The notes beneath the pieces are model-generated. The model was not told where the DNA came from and did no database searches. It was given only the letters and a program-made list of their open reading frames with translations. The position numbers were made by a program, and so were the translations under genes. Shown here piece by piece: positions 23,303 through 34,687 of a stretch of DNA of 64,000 nt (within the stretch, counting starts at the first letter, position 1; each line of letters opens with the position of its first letter). The DNA lies in contig RHPI01001553.1 of the NCBI GenBank assembly GCA_009103225.1, positions 45,047 to 109,046 of the forward strand, given 5' to 3'. The stretch is from Chlorokybus atmophyticus (Eukaryota; Plantae; Mesostigma and Chlorokybus algae).

Positions 23303-23682
23303 TCACTCAGGCAGTGCGTTTGTAGCTTGCCACTGATGAGGTAGCACTGATGAGCTCCTGAGTGTACCTCTGGTGTAGCTCCCAACCCGCCTGCACTTGC
23401 AGTCCGCACAAGCAATTTGCGTGATATCCGGCGCATAATTGACAATACAAGTCGTTTGGGCAGCGCGCGACACAACAAATCTGACGAAGGCAAAGAGACA
23501 CACATTATAGATGTAAGCACGCATACCCAAGGCATATCTGTGCCGGTCCTCTTCACGACTTTGCTGAGCCAGTTGCTGAGCCTTGGCAGCAATTAACTTG
23601 CAGATATGCTCGCCATAGCACCCAAAATGCCCGTGATCCCCAATGGCACCTAGCGCATTGGCCAAACCTCTGCGCTCCCCAT
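23303..23682 (-). pseudogene. Frameshifted paralogue of the small hydrophobic ORF at 26.9 kb
   Basis: Starts ATGGGGAGCGCAGAGGTT like 26889 and aligns through GAGGACC(G/A)GCACAG, with several frameshifts. Confidence 0.5.
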
Positions 23683-25796
23683 TGCATACTGCCGCGCAGC
23701 AACCACTGCAGCTTAGAGTTGTAAGTAACGCTCACAAGGAGCTTACCAAGCAACGCAATGCTTTTGGATACCAACAGCAACAGCATTCGTTGTACCCACA
23801 CATGGGCATAGTCGCAACAAGCGTATGCAATCGCAAGCTGAGCGCCAGTAACAGCCTATTGCCGTAGTGCAAGGCTTGTAAGATTTCCAGTACCATATTG
23901 CTACTTGGGTGCAATGCACGGGTGCACTCACCTGTTCTGCATTCAAGCTTACGGCCAGCTTGAAATCAATCAAAGGCAGTGACATGGCCCTGCGCACTAG
24001 CGAAGCAAGCATGAGCACATACGGCACTACACTGGTAATGCGACCACTATCATAGAGCAGCGTCAAGCCTTGAGGCGTGTATGGCATACACGACGTGCAC
24101 TGGCTGCTGGTTTTGACAAGCTGCTTAACGCATGCGACCTTCAGGCGCCTTGACAGCTTGCACGAGCTCAAGCTACCCTTGTCATGCGCAACAACACATA
24201 CATGCCAGGTCGCTATTTGCACTTGGTTTTGGCACTGGACTTGACGGCTGCTGCAACAACATTGCTATCGTCGTGACCAGATGGTTCAACCACCTTAACC
24301 CATGCACAGACACAAATGGTTGCTAACAACCCCACATGCAAATCCGCAATCGCACCCAGACAGACAGCTGGACGAAACGCCAAGCTGGATGCATGCCAGT
24401 TTGAGGATGAGAATCGTGGAAGAAAGAGTGGAAGCGGCGGAAGGTGACCTATTATGCAGCGGTGCTGGCAGCCACCAGCACTGGTGATGACGACAACCTC
24501 ACGGGCGAAGACAACGTTGCCGCCGCCTCCCTGAGACAAGCTGCTTGGTTCTGAACACCGAAGGACGTGTACTAAAACTTTCCCAGGTGATTTGCATTTG
24601 CATATTTAGGCGGGCTGCCTCATGCCTTCTTGCTGCTGGTAGAATGCACACAATGCAGCAGCTTTGCACGTGGTAGCTGCCCGAGCGAAGTGTCAAGCAG
24701 AAGCATAAGCACTAACAACACACAACCCTAGCATTGACTTTTTGATTTTTTTTGTGTGTGTGAATCCGATGAGCTGGTCGATCAGCTAGAAATATGATGA
24801 ATGATGAAAGTGAAGAAAGTGAGCCGCAGCCGAGTCTCTGACCAACAGGCCGAGCAAGCTCCTGGGTGGGCGGCGGCGGCGGCACGTCGAGCGGCTCGCG
24901 TGACGCATGGAGGTGCCGCTCGCTGTTCTGGACGTCATGTTGGGGTAGTCTGCGTGCTGACTGTGGGCGGCGGCGTCGCCGTCCAGGCTGGTCTCCGCTT
25001 TGGCACGGCCTGGCAGGTACGCAGGATGCGGATGCGGTGCCTTTTACTGTCTGCACTGTTGTAGGGGTATACAGAAGTATAGTGCAAAACACTAGGATCA
25101 CATTCGTCTAGTAGTACACCTCAGCTCCAGGTAATTGTGAACGACACTCTCAGACTTGGTTGAAGCACCACACAGCACACGCGAGCAGCTGCATGTACCC
25201 AGGACATGCAACTAGCCGCAGCTGTGCTCACTGCTATTATGATTCTGGTGCTGAACATGACAGTCACATATATCTGCCGCGATAACTACCATTGGAAGGC
25301 ACCAGCAGCTATGACAAGTTTTAAGGCACTTGTATACTACAGGTCAGTGGTGGTAACCATTGACCTGGCGTCCTGGTGGCATGCGTGTAAAGCTGCATGC
25401 GTATAGACCTGTGTGTGCGGGACATGGGTGAATTGGGATTGGTAGCGTACGCGTGCAGCGCTTAAGGTCTATGTCAATGGTTGTGTTCGTATTATGTTGA
25501 AGGGTGCAGCGTCTTCCAACATGCTACTACTTGTTATTGCGTGAGTGTCCTGCTGTGATCCTGTTGCCAACAGATAATATACATGCAGTTGATAGCACCT
25601 TTACACACAACCATGCTCAATGCTGTGCAGCTGTGATGTGTTTGCTTTGCGCATGCATCATGTCACAGCACTGCACAAACGTTGTACTTGCTCCCCCCCA
25701 TGGTACAGCGTGCCAAGTAAGCCAACCATTGTTTTGTCTACAGGGCAGGCGCTGGGAGAGCTGCAGTGACATATATGTGACTTGCAGCTCTCCAGC

Positions 25797-26615
25797 ATGG
25801 CGGACTCCATCAGCATTCTCGGCGCTGTTTTAGGTGCGCTCGGATTTGCCCTTTCGCTGGTCACTCTATGGTTTGGCCGCCGCGACCGCAAGCTGGAGTT
25901 GATGTGGCAGTTGAACACGCAGTACACGAAAGAAATGATGCAGGCCTTGTCGACAATCACTTGCTACAAGGGTAGTCACTGTGATTACTATGAAAAGTTC
26001 AGAGATGGCCGAGCCCAGTCGCAAGAGGCAAAGGATGAGATTCAACAAGTTGAAGACGCCCGACGCTTGCTGGCAGGGTTTTGGGACTGGGTGACAGATG
26101 TTCATGACAGCGGATCATTCCCTGTTGGGTTCCTGTCTTCAAGGAGCAGCACATGGCTGCAGCGTGGCAACAACTATCGCGTAGCTGTTGAACCCTTTGA
26201 CGTTGCGAACTGGTATAGGCACTTCTTCCCGACAGAAAACAAGCATTACCTCCGCGACAACCCAGCAGACAGCTGTACCCGGCCAAGACGGTACTACCTC
26301 CTGCAAGAGTTGTACAGCCAGGTGTACAATCGCAAAGGTGAGACGGTGAAGAGTTCGCTTGATGAAGCCTGGACAGAGCTTCGCACTACCTATGTCCCAC
26401 CTGCAGCAGCGCAAGGAGACGCCCCTGATGGCCCTACAGCAGTGCAACAAGCTGGTGCGCATAGTGCCCTAGTTGTGGAACCTGTCGACCCTACAGCACA
26501 TCTAGCCAATGCGCACAGCCTCAGCAGTCACAACCGTCAGCCTATGAGGCTGCGCTTGCTGGATTACTTCAACCAAGTAAAGATAGCGGTGCGGCAATTG
26601 GTTGGTAGCCTTTAA
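25797..26615 (+). CDS. Intronless N-terminally membrane-anchored protein (about 272 aa), DUF4760-like architecture, function unknown
   Basis: Hydrophobic ISILGAVLGALGFALSLVTLWFG followed by RRDRK, then a helical domain (DARRLLAGFWDWV...VEPFDVANW). A conserved paralogue at 33.1-33.8 kb, including the upstream CTACAG/TTACAG acceptor, supports coding. Confidence 0.8.
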   Translation: MADSISILGAVLGALGFALSLVTLWFGRRDRKLELMWQLNTQYTKEMMQALSTITCYKGSHCDYYEKFRDGRAQSQEAKDEIQQVEDARRLLAGFWDWVTDVHDSGSFPVGFLSSRSSTWLQRGNNYRVAVEPFDVANWYRHFFPTENKHYLRDNPADSCTRPRRYYLLQELYSQVYNRKGETVKSSLDEAWTELRTTYVPPAAAQGDAPDGPTAVQQAGAHSALVVEPVDPTAHLANAHSLSSHNRQPMRLRLLDYFNQVKIAVRQLVGSL

Positions 26616-26889
26616 TTGGGGCAAGTCGACAAGCATTGTTATGCTGTGCAGCGCAATCAATATTGACACAATGGCATTGAGTGCGCGAAGTACATATGGC
26701 ACGGAACCTTGAGTAACAGACACATTGTACCTGAGTGCACGCATACAAACGACGTACCTGTGCTGGTCCTCGTCGTGAAATGCTTGAGCCTGTCGCTTTG
26801 GCAGCGATGTAATTGCTGACAATGCTTGCGACAGCACCCAGAATGTCCAATGCGCCTAGCGCAATAGCCAAAACCTCTGCGCTCCCCAT
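26569..26889 (-). CDS. Small convergent ORF with hydrophobic N-terminus (possibly frameshifted or spliced)
   Basis: MGSAEVLAIALGALDILGAVASIVSNYI; a homologous start exists at 23682. Homology with that copy switches reading frame after about 30 codons. Confidence 0.4.
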   Translation of the reverse strand: MGSAEVLAIALGALDILGAVASIVSNYIAAKATGSSISRRGPAQVRRLYACTQVQCVCYSRFRAICTSRTQCHCVNIDCAAQHNNACRLAPIKGYQPIAAPLSLLG

Positions 26890-29800
26890 TGCAACCTGCC
26901 GTGCAGCAACAAATTCAGGAAGTTGTTTGTCACGCGCATAAACAACTCGCCAATATACAGAACGTTGTTCACATCATCAGCAATAGCGTTGCAGACTGCC
27001 TGTAACCACGCATGGGCATGTTAACAATCAAGAGAAAAAGATTGCCATTTTTGTGCAATGGCAAGCTCGGCGCCACCAATATTATCGCTATACTGCACAT
27101 GAAATGTTGATATCATGCCGCTGCGTGCGCGCAAAGAATTGGTGCACCTACACGGCGCTCACCTATGCCAATTGTCTGGCGGTTATGGCGTTTTTACCAA
27201 CTTCAAACCCATCAAAGGCAGTATACTTGGCCTGCAGTACCTACCTGAGCGTGAGCACGCAAGACAATGCATTGCATGTTGCTGCGTCACTGAAGTCGAC
27301 GTCTGTTGTAGAGATTACACACAATTCGACCGGTGCTGTGCCATGCACTGAGCAGCAGCTGCAATGGAAGTGCGTAACTGCTCAACAAAGCTTGCCGGCG
27401 GATGCTTGGGCTTGTTGTCAATGCTCAACGCACGACGGCGCAACACAGCAACCAACACCATCAGAAAAGCGGCGACAAGCACATTGCAGCGTGCTCAATA
27501 CACATTGCTAGCAAGCAATCTCTAGTTGTGTGCACTGTGCTCGTGGTGCATACCATGCTGTTGAGCACAGTGATTATGAGTGCATCAGTGCTCAACAGCA
27601 GGATGCAAATGCTTGCAGGAACGAATGCTTGCGTGCAAGTGTGGGAAGGGGGGCGGAGTGGGCGACCAACCTGTGCTGTAGCAGTACCAGCACCTGGTAA
27701 GCCGGCGGTGGAAGCAGCCAGCCGCCAGGCAGCGATGACAACGCCTACAACCACGGCGAAGGCGACAAGGCTGCAGCCGCTTCCCCGGTCAGCATGTCAG
27801 GATGAGCCATTTGCATGCCTCCCTTTTTCTCAGAGCAGGAAACTGCTTGGCAAAGCGGTACTACTGGAGCAGTGCTATAGCCCATAGCGTGGTGAAGGCG
27901 GAGGCGGAGGAGAAGGACATGGTGTTGTTTGCACCGTTTGCGTGCCTGAGATAGATGCTTGCGGATTGGCGGACGGACGTCAATAATCGCGACGTAGGGG
28001 GGAGCCTGAGAGGTAAACGTGGACGACCAGCTGGTTGTTTGGGTGATTTTCTTATCATGTTCGAATCTGTGCTTGTGCCGATGTCATGAGAGCCTGTAGA
28101 CCGCAGAGCAAGCACCGTCTCTCAGCCTGCTTGCACGCATGAATGCTGTGATGGACACACATTAAGTAACCTGTCTGCAATTGACGAGTATCCCTGCCTC
28201 CCATCTGCCTGTGTATGACGGTATTAATTTACTGGGAATATTTGTGAACCCGCTTCTCACGCATGCCTCGCGCGTGCGCGCGAACACACGCACATATCCC
28301 CCCTCCATGTTCAATTAACTAACACATGACCGATGCGAGGATGCGCGCCTTGCCTGCTTGCAATACCAAAATGGTCGTTGTTGTCGCTGGTGAGTTTGGG
28401 AGAGAAATGGATGCGGTAGATGAGATTAATGCCTGCTGCAGTTTGGGGTGCAGCAGCAGGGAGCCGTTTAGCATTCGTCATGTCATCTTGCAATGGTTGG
28501 GTGCACGTACTCTCGTCTACCGCATTGTTGATTTGTGTGTGCCTGCCCGGCTCTCGTATACTAGGCATGTGGCAAGGTTGTACATGTGTGCATATAGGAA
28601 GGTATACTTGTGTGTGCATGAATAGATCAAGCACAGGCTTGGGTTGATGATTGGGGGCGAGCTTGTTGGCAACCAGTATTGGTTGCTTCTTTGGCTATGG
28701 ATGCTTAGATTGTACAACTCTGTTTGCTGACCTGTCAATGCCTTATACCAATGGCGGGCTTGGGCTACTTGTCCAGGTAGGCGCAACGGTCTGTGTGTGT
28801 TGAGCCTGATCAACCGAGGCTTCAGATGGCTTGAAGGTGGGTGCGGCTCAATGAATAGCATGGGTGGGCGGTTTGGGCTTGCCAAGTTGATTTGTTGGTG
28901 ATGAAACCCTGTGCGTGTATAACCGAAACTGTCCCCATGCTCCTCCTGTACACCCATTATCTACTGGGGTGATAAGCTCTACCCATGATGGTGTTGCTTG
29001 TGATGGTGCTGTACGCGGTGTGGTGTGTTGGTAACCATTTCGCATTATTAGTGTGAAGCAGGCTTTTACAGGTTGATATGGCAGCCTTCACCACCACCGT
29101 CACCAATATTGTCTCCAAAATGGAGGCCGTGAACCAGACACTGCAGCCGTGCTTACTTGACAGCGAAGCATTGGAGAGTCTGCGTGCAAATGATGATGCG
29201 AAGTGCAGGATCATTTCTTGTGGTGCGGTGGTAGCCCTTGCGATAAAAAGAGGCCTCGCTGCAACAACAGCAAGAGCTGCGACAGAGCAGGTGTTGCTGC
29301 TTCATGAGAGTAGCAAAGGAGCGCAGGGCAAAGTATGCAAATGCTAAGCACCTCGGCCATCTTTGTTGCCTTTCGTCATCTCTTGCACAGTTTGTTGTGA
29401 TACTCACCTTCTCAATCAGGGGCAAGTTCTTTGTGTGTGCATGATCCATGGTCGTGAGCATGTGGTCATTTGATCTTGCAACCTCTAATCGCCTATGAAT
29501 GATGTGTCGATGATGTGTTATGTCGTTGACCTGCGTTGAACTTGCTGTATTGCAGTAAACACCCATACCACAATCCCAGTACTGCCACCAACACTGTATC
29601 ATGCATACACATCGTTGACATGTGCATCTGAGTTGCATGCGCTACAAAACTCGTGGTTGATGTTGTGGAAAACGGTCACAATAGCAAGCTTATTGGTTGT
29701 GATGATGGCTGGCAGGTCTTGAGGTCTTGCACACGCCGTTCTCGGGGTTGAGGTTCTGGAGGGTGAAGCCAGTGGTGATTTGGGGCTAGTAGGTGATGGG

Positions 29801-30727
29801 GACGAGAAGGGAGACAGGGCATCCACGTCTCTCAGTCAGCGAGTCGACCTGGCACACGTGCATACTCAGTGAGTGCAACTCTGGTAAGCACGCCACACAG
29901 ATACGCACATACACATGCACACACGCACATGCTCACACGTGCACGCACATGCGCACGCACACACAGACACAGAGGGGGATGAGTGTCTGTTTTACCCTGC
30001 GTCCTATGGCGAGGAGCCCGTTGTTACGGTTGACCATGAGGAAGTATGCGCAGACCTTGTTTCCGTTGACGGTTCGGCACGCTCCCCCCAACAATCCTGA
30101 ACTTCAACCCCTGGATGTTGGTGCTGTTGCCCAGAGCCACCAGCTGGGCAAGAGCTTCCCGCCGCCCGCCTACATCTCAAAAACTCATAAACCTGAAGGT
30201 GAGTGAGTCTTCAATCGACAAGGGCACAGCAGTTCTTTCAACTCCTATCTGTGTCGGGCAGATCGGGGCTAGGCTGCGGTGGAAACCCTAACAGGCGGCG
30301 GCGGCGGCGGCACCCCCCTTGGTGTTGTCTCTGGCGACGGAAATGGCAGGGGTGTGGGGGATGACTTGTCCCCCCCCCTGAAACCCATCTTCTCAACCTA
30401 CAAACACTTTACCCACACTTTTCCACCCCTTTCAACCTTTGCCTAGCTGCCGCCCCAAGCTGAGGCGGCAGCTAGGCACTAACGGAGAGGGCGGCGGCGG
30501 CGAAGGGAGGTCAGTGGCTTGCTCTGTGTGTGAGAAACACAGGAGGCTGAGCGTGCCCGTCTTGGGCTCAGCGCTGTGAGGCCTGCGATCGAGTCGACTC
30601 ACACCTTAGCAATCTCACTTGCACCCCCTAGCTGTTAGCCAAGCTCACTGTCACACCCTCCCACTAGTTAGTTAGCCAACGCAGCATACCTACACACCCA
30701 CACACCCTTACACCCCACCCACGGACC

Positions 30728-32499
30728 ATGGCAACGCGAATGCTCACTGATTCGCCTGCTGCCCCCCGCCCCTGCACCCCCCGCCACACATCCCAAACCC
30801 CCACCCTCTACTCCCCCGCTGTCTCCCACGGATTCCTCATCCCTTGCTCCTGTTCCACCAAACACTTCCTCGTCTCTCCCCTTACCGGCGCAGAGCATGT
30901 CCTGGGCGTCAGCTGTGCGCTCACCCCCAGTTGCCTCCCTTTCAGGCAATGTTCTCTCCCACACACACACATCAGCCCTTCTCTCTACACACGCTAGATC
31001 ATCCTCCTTGCTGCATTCATACGTAGAAAGGGGAGATAGTGTGGATGTAGAGATTGATCCCGCCCTCTTTTCTGAGTGGCAGACAGTTCTTGAGCGTAGA
31101 GCTGTCACTTTTCGCTTTGAGTATGTCGAGTCCCAGACGTTACTCACCCGTTTGGCATGAATAGCGTACGCTTGCTTGCATTCCGCACGAGGATTCAGCA
31201 TCATATCCACTCATTACCCCCGCAAAGGGGAGATACAGGCTATTTTATCTCAAAGGACGCTGCAACCAGTGTGCTGGATAAAGCACGACGGGGCATGCTG
31301 AAGACCCTCGGCAGCAAGGCAGTGCGTGTTCTTCCTTGGTCGGATTCGGGCATTGAGGACCTATGGATAGCTTTCCACGGAGACCACCCACGCATCCTCC
31401 CCGCTCCTCTTCAAACTATCAGCAAGTTCGGCACCATTGGCGTTGCTCTCCCCACGTCATCACCACATACCCACTTTCTCACCCCCTCCACTCGCTACCG
31501 CTTCACTCCCAATCACCCCCACATCAAACTCCCCTCCACCATCAACATCAAGAGCACCCTTCGCGGGCAAGAGACCATCACCGTGGTGACAGTCCTCTCG
31601 ACCACATCTCCCCCATTCTGCTATCGATGCAGTGAGTCTGGCCACCTGCGCTCCCATTGCCCTCGCCAGGCAGCTGCCTCCGCTGCTTCCGCCGGCCGAA
31701 CCCTCCCCACCCCATCCTCCCGCAGGGCCCCATCCCCCGTTCTCCCACCCCCATCGACCTCCATCCCGACCCCCCCTCTTCACCCACCCNNNNNNNNNNN
31801 NNNNNNNNNNNNNNNNNNNNNNNNNNNNNNNNNNNNNNNNNNNNNNNNNNNNNNNNNNNNNNNNNNNNNNNNNNNNNNNNNNNNNNNNNNNNNNNNNNNN
31901 NNNNNNNNNNNNNNNNNNNNNNNNNNNNNNNNNNNNNNNNNNNNNNNNNNNNNNNNNNNNNNNNNNNNNNNNNNNNNNNNNNNNNNNNNNNNNNNNNNNN
32001 NNNNNNNNNNNNNNNNNNNNNNNNNNNNNNNNNNNNNNNNNNNNNNNNNNNNNNNNNNNNNNNNNNNNNNNNNNNNNNNNNNNNNNNNNNNNNNNNNNNN
32101 NNNNNNNNNNNNNNNNNNNNNNNNNNNNNNNNNNNNNNNNNNNNNNNNNNNNNNNNNNNNNNNNNNNCCGCCGGTACTTACCAGATGACTTTACGCTCCG
32201 CCACCACCCTCCACCACCCCACCCCCACCTTCAGCCATCCCACTCACTCCTCCCACCTTACCCTCGAACCCTCCACCCCTCCTCCCGTGCCATTCTTCCC
32301 CAGCCGCTGGTGCGATATGGTTGAGGAAGACGAAGCCCTTGAGCGCGACGCAGCTGTTGGCATGGACACCCACGAGGACTACCCGACCCACCATCCCTCC
32401 CCGCAAGCACCTCCCCACCCACATCACGTTAACAGCACTGCTGCACAGGTTGGCCGCTTGCATTGCACGCATGCATTAGTTCAAGCATTCTGTTGTTGA
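30728..32499 (+). pseudogene. LINE (L1-like) ORF1 remnant with CCHC zinc knuckle, spanning an assembly gap
   Basis: Frameshifted ORF1-like sequence (MSWASAVR..., VRVLPW, LWIAF), knuckle CYRCSESGHLRSHC, Pro-rich tail and WCDMVEEDE motif. No ORF2 visible. Confidence 0.65.
31790..32167. other. Assembly gap (378 N)
   Basis: Run of Ns. Confidence 1.
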
Positions 32500-33077
32500 G
32501 CGCTTGTAGAATTCTCCTTGAAAGCTTGTTTGAAGTCCAGTCCAGCTTCCTTGTTGGCTGTGAGATTGAGGGAGGGTTATGTGTGTCGGGGCGTCAGCGA
32601 ATGTTGGTGGTTGTGCGTGTGGGGCGAGTGTGGAAGCGCTGCATGCACGTTTGGTCAAGTGTCTGAGCAAGTAATAGTTGTTGGGGAGCACGTGCAAGAT
32701 GTGTATAGCGCGGGATTGCATGTGTGACCACAAGGTAGGGACTGAATCTGCATATGCGGTTGTCTATATTAACTTCAAGAGTGCTGCATTTACAACATTG
32801 CACGTATTACTATTGTGCGGGTGTCCTGTTGTAGTTGTAGTTCCCCTGGCCAGTTGGCCAAACGTTGCTAATAGTCCACAGCACCCTTACACAAAACCTT
32901 GCTCCATGCTTTGCAGTGCACTCATGGGTTTGTAATGTGCGTGTCATCATGTCACAGAAATGTACACAAAGAAAAACAGTCTGCTCGCTTGCGTGGATGC
33001 AGCCATGCCACTAAGCCAAGTCCATTCCTTACAGGGCAGCGCTGGGAGAGCTGTAGCAGTCATTGACAGCATCCACC

Positions 33078-33756
33078 CTGGCGGACTCCATCAGCATTCT
33101 CGGCGCTGTGTTAGATGCGCTCGGCTTTGCTCTTTTGCTGGTTACTATATGGTTTGGCCGGCGCGACCGCAAGCTGAAGTTGATGTGGCGGTTGCACACG
33201 CGATATACAAAAGAAATGATGCAGGCCATGTCGACCATTACTCGCTGAAAGTTATTATGAGGAGTTCAAAGCTGGCAGAGCCCTGCCTCAAGCTGCAGAT
33301 AGTGACATCCAGCAAGTTGAAGACGCCCGACGCTTGCTGGCAGGGTTTTGGGACTGGGTGACAGATGTTTATGACAGCGGATCATTCCCTATTGGGTTTC
33401 TGTCTTCGAGGAGAAGCACGTGGCTATCACGTGGCAACAACTACCACGTGACTGTGGAACCATTTGACATTGCTAACTGGTATGCGCGCTTTCACGCGCA
33501 AGAGGTCCTTAAGCATTACCTCCGCAACAACGCAGCAGGCGAGTGTCCCCGTCCAAGACGGTACTACCTCCTGCAAGAGCTGCATCGCCAAGTGTACAAT
33601 TGTAAGGATGACAAGAAAATGCAGAGCTCGCTCGTTGACGCTTGGGAAGAGCTTTACGGTACCCAGCCTACCCCAGAGCAAGTGGCTAGTGCGCATAGCC
33701 TCAGCAGCGACTATGGTCAGCCATTGAAGCTTCGCGTATTGGATAACCTTACCTAG
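33078..33756 (+). pseudogene. Disrupted paralogue of the 25.8-kb membrane-anchored protein
   Basis: CTG replaces ATG (CTG GCG GAC TCC ATC AGC ATT), and a frameshifting deletion lies near 33245. Otherwise highly similar: LLAGFWDWVTDVYDSGSFPIGFLSSR, CPRPRRYYLLQEL. Confidence 0.85.
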
Positions 33757-34687
33757 CTACGGACAGCTGTGTGGCAAATGGTTGGTAGCCTGTGACATAA
33801 GTGATGTGGTTGCTCGTACACGAGACATGGGTGTCAATAGATTTGCCATCATGTATTGTGGTGTGTAAGCTACACCTGCCTTGTTGGATGATGAGCCACA
33901 GTGTTTTATCAGTTTTATATGCCTCAGTCTCTCAGTTTCATATACCTTGAAATGAAGTTCATTGCGGAGGGGATGGGACATCCCGGTGCACCCTATTTTG
34001 GGTGGGAATTACAGTTGTTGTTGTTGTTGTTGGTTGTTTAGTATTTCAAGTCATCGGTACATTGAGAGGCCCATTGCAAAAGCTGCCAATGTGCGGTGAT
34101 CGCTGTCCGCTCAGCGTTGGTCGCAGCACACGTCATCCCACACGAACTAATTGTTATGGACATTGTGCACTCGCAGTACTGCACGACCCAGCACTTGTGG
34201 CTGCCATTTTACCCGCCATCTGAGTTTTCATCTGCGCGATATGGTGCGGGGGGTGTTGTTTTGCCTGCTCTTATAGGTGAGCGGGGCCTTGATTTCAGCG
34301 GGCCAGAGCCATGCAGGCAGACTGCAGTCGAGTGATGATTTGCTGCCAGGTAGTCGTACTCGGGGTGTTTAATCATGAGCAAACCGACTTGGTTAATCAC
34401 CTCCGGATAGCACTCAGAAGAAATGAGGCGCCTCAGACATCCAAGCCGGTCATGTCGGAAGCCTTGTGCTAAATGGTTTTTAGCAGCGTTGTGTCAAGCG
34501 TGATTATTACAGCTATTATGTTGCAGTGATAGTGATAGTTGCCGCCATTGTCACAACACTCTCCCATGTTCAATTTGGGTGATTTTATTGTTCAATACCG
34601 GATAAATTGGTAAGGCGCACATACTTTGCCATAATCACCGGCACTATGCAATAACAGATTTCAGGGCCTATGACTACATATAAGCGC

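Noticed and set aside
23333-23360. Hammerhead-like CTGATGAG, twice
   Set aside because: It is a 14-bp tandem duplication with no stem II/GAAA core following.
27053-30200. Several 80-160 aa ORFs on both strands
   Set aside because: No recognisable motifs and no consistent exon chain. They may be degraded gene or TE sequence, but nothing can be supported from the sequence alone.
30440-30490. HDV-like ribozyme (hairpin followed by CTAA at a LINE 5' end)
   Set aside because: No P1.1 GG, P3 or P2 partner can be found upstream of the hairpin.
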